A DNA stretch of 64,000 nucleotides. Origin: Candidatus Algichlamydia australiensis. Lineage in GTDB: Bacteria > Chlamydiota > Chlamydiia > Chlamydiales > JAJFMI01. The number at the start of each line of letters is the position of its first letter. The stretch's first letter is position 1. The notes below the pieces were generated by a model. The model was not told the origin of the DNA, did not search any database, and saw only the letters and a program-made list of their open reading frames with translations. Positions 19,547 through 27,448 of this stretch are shown here, piece after piece. The translations under genes were made by a program, and so were the position numbers. Location: NCBI GenBank assembly GCA_033977065.1, contig JAXCHI010000001.1, forward strand, positions 2,337 through 66,336, read 5' to 3'.

Positions 19547-20830
19547 AAATACTCGATGTTAAATGACATTTAGGTAAGTGATTCTGCAGAAGTTGCAAGA
19601 AATTCCAGAGCCTTGATAAGCTGTAGATCCGTGCATAAATCGGTTTCCAAAAATTGTAAGAGCGATTAGAAAATAGTTTCCCTAAATAACAATTCATTAA
19701 TTTAGTTTCGGGTTTAATTAACTTTTACATTTGCCTACTTAATCAGTTGTTATTTTTATACGCAATACGAATCGATTTTTTATTTTTGTAGTAATTTAGT
19801 GGTTTGTTTAGTAAAATGTTCTACCTGTGCACTCTCAAGGCAATTTCTCTATCCTTCTGCTTAGAGAAAGTTTTTTTGCCCATTTCTTGCTTGCCATTTT
19901 TCTCTTCTTTCAATAAGCTTCTTTGCTAAATCAACGTTCTAAAAGGCGAAATACCTAGTAAGATTAGCATCTTTTCTCCCCTATCTGTGCTTGATTATTT
20001 TCTTCGGCTGATAGATTGGAGATCCATCAAGTAGTTACATGAAAAAGAAAGTCCTGTTACGTTTTGCAAAAATCTAATCTGCCTCTAAATTGCAACTTTC
20101 GAAGCAGTTCCTAAGCTAAAAAAATTACTTAAGTATGTCTTGCATTGGAATGAAGCGTGAAAACTTACGTTATTTAAAATTTATTGACAGCTTATTTTGC
20201 TCATTACCAACACTTTGCTTCTGCAACAAAAATACTAACATGCGTTTTTTTGTTTATGCAAACATTCGCTTTTTCGATTGTTCTATTTTTTTAATCAACA
20301 ATTTTATATTTGTTTGTGTTTACGCGTGTTTAAATTTTTTATTTTTAGATTTGTTGTATGTTCGAATAATTGAAAATTTGTGTTTACGGCTTTACGTTTA
20401 GTGGTGTTCTTAATTTTACGAATAGACGACTTATAAAAAAATCGAACATATGTACAACCAGACAAACAAAGGTTAGAATTTTATAAAGTACAGTTTTTTG
20501 ATATCACAATTGATTGTGTTTTTGCATATACACACATGCGAATATGTGTTTTTTGTGATTTTCGCTTAGTTGAGAATTTCGTTTTTCGTGTATGCTAATA
20601 TTTGTTTTATCTGATATTCATTTGTGCGTAAGTTTTCAATTTTGACTATACGAATGTACGCTTATTCGTTTGTTTGTATTTTTTAATGATACAAAGCTCC
20701 AATAATTGATGATTTGTTTTTTTGATTAGCCGTATGATCGCATTTTTGTTTTATCTAAATGTAGAGTAGTTGTTTATGTAAATGTTTGCAGAGTCGATTA
20801 GTCAAATTTTCGTTTTTACAAAAATTGCTA

Positions 20831-20858
20831 TTGACAGACATGCGCGTTTATGTATAAT
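20831..20858 (+). promoter_or_regulatory. Consensus promoter TTGACA-N16-TATAAT upstream of parA
   Basis: -35 at 20831-20836 and -10 at 20853-20858, 37 bp before the ATG at 20896. Confidence 0.65.
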
Positions 20859-20895
20859 GCGGTTAGAAGAATCAGTTTTAAAGAGGATTGAGTGT

Positions 20896-21675
20896 ATGAG
20901 GGTGATAGCTGTAGCAAACAATAAAGGTGGGGTTGGAAAAACCACTACGGCCATCAATTTAACTGCATTTCTCGCAAAGCAAAAGAAAAAAGTTCTTCTT
21001 ATTGATGCAGATTCACAAGGACATAGCAAAAGATCTTTTAAGGTTTCTACAGAAGACACTCCGACTTTAGCAGAGCTACTTGTATATGACGATGTCTCTT
21101 TTAAAGATGTCATACAACCAACTTGCATAAGGGGAGTAGATATCATTCCCTGTGACACAACGCTTTCATTAGCAGAAATGCAACTCCATCAAAAAAAAGA
21201 AAAAGAATACCAACTTCGTACAAAGCTTTCTGGCCTTGAAGGTTATGATTATGTGATTGTAGACACCACCCCAACTTACACTCTCTTGACAACCAATGTT
21301 TTAGTGTATTGCAAAGAGCTTCTTATTCCAACAAAGTTAGAAGGCTTCGGTATCGAGGGTTTAAATAGTTTTCTAGACATTATTGAAGAAACAAATAAAA
21401 ATGTAGGATCCAAAGTGAACCACAAGATTGAACTACTGGGGCTAGTCATTAATCTTTTCGATCTACACACTAAAGCTTCACGAACTGTCTACAAACAAAT
21501 TAAATATGCGTTTGAAGATAAAGTCTTCAAAACTAAAATTCCAAGAAATGTGAAAATTGATGAAGCTCAGATTGCAGGAAGACTTATCACAGATTATTGT
21601 CCAGACTGCGCTGGCGCCAAGGCTTACAAAAATCTTGCTAAAGAAGTGATCAAACGAGAGGTCGTAATTGTATGA
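20896..21675 (+). CDS. parA: ParA/Soj partition ATPase (pGP5-like); start revised to ATG 20896
   Basis: Deviant Walker A NNKGGVGKTT, LLIDADSQG, DYVIVDT.P, TKIPRNVKIDEAQ; AGAGGA RBS. Confidence 0.95.
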   Translation: MRVIAVANNKGGVGKTTTAINLTAFLAKQKKKVLLIDADSQGHSKRSFKVSTEDTPTLAELLVYDDVSFKDVIQPTCIRGVDIIPCDTTLSLAEMQLHQKKEKEYQLRTKLSGLEGYDYVIVDTTPTYTLLTTNVLVYCKELLIPTKLEGFGIEGLNSFLDIIEETNKNVGSKVNHKIELLGLVINLFDLHTKASRTVYKQIKYAFEDKVFKTKIPRNVKIDEAQIAGRLITDYCPDCAGAKAYKNLAKEVIKREVVIV

Positions 21676-22007
21676 AAGAGAAAGGGTTTGATGATATAGG
21701 GAAAGAATTAAAAAAGAAGAGAGAAAAGATATCTTTTTCAAACTATAATAACTCAGATTCAAAAGAAAAAGGGAAGGATATCAAACCTAAGATTAGGAAA
21801 AATCCTAAGGAAGAAGGGGAGGGGGGTGATAAATCTTCCTCAAAAAAAGAACTCTTACGAGTTGGTGTAGTGTTACCACCAGAAGAACACAAAATGTTAA
21901 TGGAGATGTATACAACTGGTATCATGAATGGTGAGAAAATAGACAGGACATCTCTAATCCGTAAAGCAATTCGAATTTTGTATGAGCAAGAAAAGAGCTA
22001 TAATTAA
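21672..22007 (+). CDS. Small ParG-like RHH partition adaptor
   Basis: Overlaps the parA stop. Charged, disordered N-terminus; C-terminal beta-helix-helix (RVGVVLPPEEHKML...RTSLIRKAIRIL). Confidence 0.65.
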   Translation: MKEKGFDDIGKELKKKREKISFSNYNNSDSKEKGKDIKPKIRKNPKEEGEGGDKSSSKKELLRVGVVLPPEEHKMLMEMYTTGIMNGEKIDRTSLIRKAIRILYEQEKSYN

Positions 22008-22051
22008 ATTTCTTCTGTCTTAAAATACAAATTTTTACACGATTATAAAAT

Positions 22052-23407
22052 ATGGGTAAGCAACTAGTTTTTGCATCTGAAGAATCCGAACGAATCATCT
22101 TGGGTCGCATGCTAAATGATGAACGAGATCGAGATTTTTCTTTCGAACACCTGAGTGTCGAAAAATTTTTTTATACACAACATAAGCAGCTTTTTGAGCT
22201 TATCTCACAGTTAAAAAAGAAAAATATAAGTGTTACAACCGTTACGCTTATTGAGGAATTAAAAGACCCTGAATTGGCTAAAAAGGTCGGTCACATGTCT
22301 TTCATTACTGGTTTAATGAATCTTGCCCCATCTCCAGTGCTATTGGAAGACTATATTCAAATTGTAAAGGATAACTGGGCGAAGCGTGAAGTCGCTAGCA
22401 CGATTAATCACCTCAATACTTCATTAAAAAACGATGCTTCATTCAATATCGAGAGCGTATTGAGCTCCCTTCCCAAGAAGCTAGAATCTATTTCCAGATC
22501 TTTGGTGAGTAGGCACTCTGTCAGTTTTACTGAAATCAGCAGGGGAGGGGAGAAGTCCTTTATTGACGAGTATGCGTTTAGGAGGAAGTACTTTCAAGAG
22601 AATAACAAGCCTTTTGTGGATGGAGTTTCTACTGGATACCTCGATGTTGACAGCATGCTTGGGGGGTTTCTCAACTCGAATCTCATCATTTTAGCTTCAA
22701 GACCAGGTATGGGAAAAACAGCATTAGCTCTCAATTTCTCAAAGAAGGTCGCCGAAAAGCATCCTGTTGGTTTTATCTCGTTAGAAATGACGGCTAACCA
22801 GTTATATGAAAGAATTCTCTCTATGGAAACTGGCATTTCTGGCTCTAGAATTAGAGAAGGAAAAACGTCAGATTTGGAGTGGGGGAAACTAAAGGAGGCT
22901 GAAAAAGAGGTATCTAAGCTTCCGATTTTTGTTGCTGAAGGATGTCATGAACTCAAAGAAATTTGCTCGAAGGCGCGTTTTCTAAAAAAAGAGATGGGCA
23001 TTCAGTTCTTGATCATCGATTATGTACAACTCATGTCAGCTAAAGGGGAGAATCGATTAGCAGAAGTATCGGCTATTACAAGAAGTCTTAAAAATCTCTC
23101 TATTGAGCTTCATATTCCTATCTTAGGGTTGGCTCAGCTATCTAGAAAAGTCGAAGAGAGGGCGGATCATCGTCCATTCTTAAGTGACTTAAGAGAAAGT
23201 GCTAGCTTAGAGCACGATGCCGATTCGGTGCTCTTCCTATTAAGACAGGATTACTATGACAAGGATGCTGGTCCCGGAAAAGCTGAGCTGATTATCGCGA
23301 AAAATAGACATGGTCAAACAGGCGATGTTGCGCTATCCTTTATTCATGAATCAGGAAACTTCTTAGACTATACAGGAGAAGATACGTTTTATGACCAAGG
23401 TTTCTAA
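22052..23407 (+). CDS. dnaB: Replicative DNA helicase DnaB (pGP1-like)
   Basis: ASRPGMGKT, IIDYVQLM, LAQLSRKVEER and SDLRES.SLEHDAD motifs. Confidence 0.95.
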   Translation: MGKQLVFASEESERIILGRMLNDERDRDFSFEHLSVEKFFYTQHKQLFELISQLKKKNISVTTVTLIEELKDPELAKKVGHMSFITGLMNLAPSPVLLEDYIQIVKDNWAKREVASTINHLNTSLKNDASFNIESVLSSLPKKLESISRSLVSRHSVSFTEISRGGEKSFIDEYAFRRKYFQENNKPFVDGVSTGYLDVDSMLGGFLNSNLIILASRPGMGKTALALNFSKKVAEKHPVGFISLEMTANQLYERILSMETGISGSRIREGKTSDLEWGKLKEAEKEVSKLPIFVAEGCHELKEICSKARFLKKEMGIQFLIIDYVQLMSAKGENRLAEVSAITRSLKNLSIELHIPILGLAQLSRKVEERADHRPFLSDLRESASLEHDADSVLFLLRQDYYDKDAGPGKAELIIAKNRHGQTGDVALSFIHESGNFLDYTGEDTFYDQGF

Positions 23408-24672
23408 GAAAAAAGAGGGGTCAAAAACTCACGAGGAGTTTTTCAATCTTTTCCCGGAGGGGAAGGGAAAAAATAAAAGCTTCCCCCTCCTTCTTGAAAG
23501 ACTGCAGAAGCTGGCTAAAGAAAAGAATCTTTCCCCTGAGCAGGTAAGTGCCCTTTTGAAGTCTCATCCAGATATTGAAAGTGACGATGAAATCAAGACG
23601 TTCGTCGGTATTCTGGAAAAAAATTGGTCAGACTTTAGAAAAATGTTTGAGCCTGCGAAAAAGCAAAAGTTTCGCCAATCAGGTCATTTCGTAGATCAGA
23701 AATTGAAGCACTCTTATCCAGCAAGCAACCAGCCCTCTCTTTTTGACTTAATTCAGTCTCCCAAAGTCAAGGACCGTATCGCAACTGGGCAAATTGAGGT
23801 ACAAGCAGTAGGTGTTAGACTTTCGTCCCCTGAGGATCGCCTGTTGAATGCACTCCAGGGGCTTCTCCATAGATATAGTTCTAATACAGACCCAGAGACA
23901 CAAGAGTATTATAAGGGAAATGAGAGGAACGAACTTGTTATTTTTGGAAAAGATAAAAAAGAGAGCCCTACTCTAAGAATAAAGCCTGCTGATCTTTACA
24001 AAGCATATCTCGAAAGAGATGATTACTCAGGTGCGGAGATCAAGTACATCAAAAATTTGCTTATTAACTTGGCTAACAAGAAATTCTTGATGATTTTTGA
24101 TAGAAAAAGAAAGGCGAAAGTGAAGGGAAAAAATTGAGACCCTTACAGATAGAATTGAAGAGTACCAAGGCCTCATCAGGGTTATTAGCTATACCGAAGG
24201 CTTAAGTGAAAAAGAGATTAAAAATCTGAAAAAGGGAGATAACTCTGCTTTTGAAAAAAAGGGGGAGTTGATCATTGGCTTTAATCCGATTTTGGTAGAT
24301 CAAATCAGCTCTAAGTATGTTGAATACCCTTCTGATATTAATAAGAGAATGGTAATTGCTGCTGGAGGGGGAAGGCTAGTAACTGAAGCCATGAATCTTT
24401 TGCGCGACTATCTATTGCGCTCTCTTTCTTGTAAAAGTTACAAACCTGAAATCAATGAAGACAAGCTTCCCTACATCCTGAAGTTAGATTCGTGTGTGAA
24501 GTTTCACCGAAAAAAGAGACTAAAAGAGCGCATTGAAGGCGCAATCCAAACGTGCAAAAACCTAGGCCTCATCCTTAACGTCGACATAGTCACAGGCTCT
24601 TTAGGGCAAAACAAATACGTTTTTGAGTTAAATCCCAATTTTATCACAGATACCCCTTCAACTGACTCTTAA
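23391..24672 (+). CDS. pGP2-like plasmid replication protein, split by a +1 frameshift at about 24128-24133
   Basis: ORF 23391-24137 continues in the +1 frame from 24133 (IETLTDRIEEYQGLIRVISY...) into ORF 24268-24672. It carries YKGN, PILVDQI and L.YIL motifs I recall from chlamydial pGP2. Lies between dnaB and the iterons. Confidence 0.75.
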
Positions 24673-24679
24673 TCCAAAT

Positions 24680-25842
24680 TACCGTCATACTTGGCAGAAA
24701 TGAACCCTTGATACGACAGTTTTTTTCCATTCATCTCTTAATTTTGCGCCTTATCTAACCGTCATACTTGGCAGAAAAAATCTTTTAGATTGATTATCAG
24801 TGACTTAGTTTTATGAGTTTAATTCTTGATTTCATTAATACCGTCATACTTGGCAATTTTCTGACTTGCTAATACCGTCATACTTGGCAGGCGCCTCAGT
24901 AATTAAATATTGTCTTTACAAGGGTTTATATAAGATCAGCAGCTTCACTTCAGTACCGTCATACTTGGCAGAAACAGTTTCTTCTTCTTTACTTTTAGTG
25001 GCTTGTCTAACATTTTTCACCTTTGTTTGCGAATTCAATTACCGTCATACTTGGCAGCTGACATATTTGAAGTACCGTCATACTTGGCAAAACAGGTGAT
25101 CACAACGTCCTGTTGTTTATGTTCTTAAGGAACTTTTTTTTCTCCCCCTCACTACCGTCATACTTGGCAGAAGCCTTCAAAAAGAAGGCCGTCATACTTG
25201 GCAATTTTACTCTTAATCGCTTATATAAAAGGGGTTAAGTGTTTGTGTATAATTCTGAATACCTATTTTTACCGTCATACTTGGCAGAAGGCCTTAAAAA
25301 GAATACCGTCATACTTGGCAGAAATCTTTGTAGTAAAGCCTTGTTCTTTATTGTATTGGGTCTTTTCACCAGTTTTGCTTAATTACCGTCATACTTGGCA
25401 GAAGACCTGAAAAGAATACCGTCATACTTGGCAATTTCTTTTTATCTTCTTGTATTTCAGGTGATTAAGCTCTTGCATGCACACTGTTAGTTTAGAGTTC
25501 TCAGGTGGTTTTTGATCATTTACCGTCATACTTGGCAGAAATATACTAGCGACCTGTGGAGCTGTATTTTATTCCCGATTTACCGTCATACTTGGCAGTG
25601 TCCACCAAGTTTTAATTTGCTCACTAATCACAGACTATTTCTTGCCTCTTGTGGATTTACACGAATTGGTTGTCCTGAAAGGTTTAGAACAATACTCTCT
25701 TTAGGAACTATTGTAGGGCTATTGTTTTCGTCATACTTGGCAGAGAACACCGTCATACTTGGCAGAAAATAGTGCTTTTTGCCGTCATACTTGGTTGACT
25801 TTGCCGTCATACTTGGTTGATTTTACCGTCATACTTGGCAGT
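24680..25842 (+). repeat. Iteron array / plasmid origin: 20 direct copies of core CCGTCATACTTGG (consensus TACCGTCATACTTGGCAG)
   Basis: Cores counted by eye at 24682, 24759, 24841, 24875, 24956, 25042, 25075, 25155, 25189, 25272, 25306, 25386, 25419, 25523, 25583, 25728 (variant), 25750, 25782, 25804 and 25826. Immediately follows rep and is followed by an AT-rich tract. Confidence 0.9.
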
Positions 25843-26288
25843 TTTTCTATAGATAAAAAGTGAGTGGTAGATCTTTTAAGATATACTTTAGAATATAGGT
25901 AGATCTTAAAAGAGGCTACCACGCTGTAATAGCCCCTCTTTGAGAGGGCTATACAGCTGTAGCTAAATGCTTGAAATTCTTTGGTCTCATGGTACTGTGT
26001 TCTTTAGGCCTAGCTTATCAATTCTTATAGCATAGAATACACTCATTCACAATCTGTTGCACCTATTCACATTTTGTTGCATTCCTCATAGGAGAAAGTC
26101 AGTCTCTAGAGTCTTTAAAGCTAAATTAAGAATATTAAAAAAAGCTCGCTTTTTCGTTGGTTTATTTTTTGTGAATAGCTTCTCTTTAGACCCAAATACC
26201 AAAATTCTCTGAAGCTTTCTACCATTGAGAATTTTTTCTGAAGGCAAATCAGTATGAGGCAAATTTTTTTAGAGATCAAAGGGTTAGG

Positions 26289-26795
26289 CTAGTTAGATTT
26301 AAACTTTTTAACCTTGCAGCCGAGCAACATAAAAATCATCGATGAAGCTGCTAAAAAACTGAAAATTTGCGCTGGAACGCCAAAAACATCCAAAGAGCTA
26401 GTTGAACATCCTTGATTCGCATTGAGAGCTTTTAAAAAATCGCTATGAGTTTCTATTGATAGACTTGCTCTAAAACAAGGATCTGGGATTAAAGAGTATC
26501 GGACGAATATGTGGTAAGCAGCTACCAGGCATAAGACAGCAGAAGATCCTAAAAGCGCAAATAAAACTCTTTTTTTCGAAAAGGAAAAGAGTCCAACTGC
26601 AGAAATCACCAAAATATTAAAAAACAAGATTTGCTGAACGATGCAAAGCAAGCAAGGAATATGTCCGGCACACATAGCAATTAGCGAACCTGTTAGGCAA
26701 GCAAGGGCGATTGAGCCACAAAAAAGAAAGGGTCGGTTTTCTAGAGAGATTAAAAAGTTACCCATTAACGACTTCAATTTTGACATCAAAGCCAT
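26289..26795 (-). CDS. dsbB: DsbB-like disulfide bond formation protein
   Basis: Four TMs, PCLLC (CxxC), and a second Cys pair in the periplasmic loop (DPC...GCS...VFGVP). Confidence 0.75.
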   Translation of the reverse strand: MALMSKLKSLMGNFLISLENRPFLFCGSIALACLTGSLIAMCAGHIPCLLCIVQQILFFNILVISAVGLFSFSKKRVLFALLGSSAVLCLVAAYHIFVRYSLIPDPCFRASLSIETHSDFLKALNANQGCSTSSLDVFGVPAQIFSFLAASSMIFMLLGCKVKKFKSN

Positions 26796-27222
26796 TTAAA
26801 CGCTCTGTAACGGCTTTTTTATCCGCAACTCCATACCATTCATCCCTGAACGTATTTAACTTAAACCCTAAGCTTTTTAAAGCTTCTTTTAGTTCTAATG
26901 GGGGAGGTGAGGGGAAAGACAGAATGATTCTTGAAGAGGAAGCGCTTTTATTTTGAGAGTTGATAGCCAACTGATTCCAATTAGAGACCTTGCTATTATC
27001 CTTCATGTCTAGAGCGATTTGGAGAAAAGCACCGAGCAATGTCTTTTCTGAAAAGTCTGAAATACCAGCAGTTCGCGCAAGCTCCCCAATCTTGATTAAC
27101 TTTCTAGTTTTCTGTTTTCTTTCTCGTTCCCTTAGGCGTCGTTCCTTCTCCTCTAATTTAGCTTTTTGCAGCGCTATCTTTTCTTTTTGTCTCTCAATTA
27201 CTGCCGTCATTTTCAATTCCAA
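26758..27222 (-). CDS. traD: Conjugal transfer protein TraD family (small Agrobacterium-type)
   Basis: Coiled coil, then RKQKTRKLIKIGEL...LLGAFLQI; divergent from the relaxase. Confidence 0.8.
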   Translation of the reverse strand: MELKMTAVIERQKEKIALQKAKLEEKERRLRERERKQKTRKLIKIGELARTAGISDFSEKTLLGAFLQIALDMKDNSKVSNWNQLAINSQNKSASSSRIILSFPSPPPLELKEALKSLGFKLNTFRDEWYGVADKKAVTERLNGFDVKIEVVNG

Positions 27223-27359
27223 ATTCGTTAACTAACGACTCCCATCTTACATGATTACAATCCCTAAATCAAGTACTCCAATGGTTCTAAATAGAACCTA
27301 AAAATTAATGAACTCTAGAAAAATCACATAAAATACGAAGCCTCTCTGAAATGCTGCAG

Positions 27360-27400
27360 TAAATTATACGCAATATGCAAACTACGTTTGCGCTTGCGTC
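27360..27400 (-). other. Candidate MOBQ-type oriT
   Basis: Minus strand reads GCAAAC-GTA-GTTTGC-ATATTG^CG. This resembles the pSK41-type hairpin plus ATAAGTG^CG. It lies between divergent traD and traA. Confidence 0.5.
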
Positions 27401-27448
27401 TTTTTGCTCATTAAGATAAAAAAGAAAAAGCGATTTTGGAGAGAATTT

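Noticed and set aside
20135-20401. 88-aa ORF in the AT-rich region before parA
   Set aside because: Low-complexity Phe/Cys/Val composition reflects the repeat-like tract; no convincing RBS.
20782-20895. N-terminal extension of ParA (which would suggest type Ia)
   Set aside because: A consensus promoter lies inside the extension and an RBS precedes the ATG at 20896.
24125-24215. Programmed -1 frameshift at G GGA AAA in rep
   Set aside because: The -1 frame stops after about 25 codons; only the +1 frame restores the protein.
24866-25810. Short ORFs with repeated YRHTWQ or PSYLAE peptides
   Set aside because: These are translations of the iteron repeats, not credible genes.
24680-25842. CRISPR array
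   Set aside because: The repeat is only about 13-18 bp, spacing is irregular (22-309 bp), some spacers resemble each other (AAGCCTTCAAAAAGAA, AAGGCCTTAAAAAGAA), there are no cas genes, and the array abuts rep. Iterons fit better.
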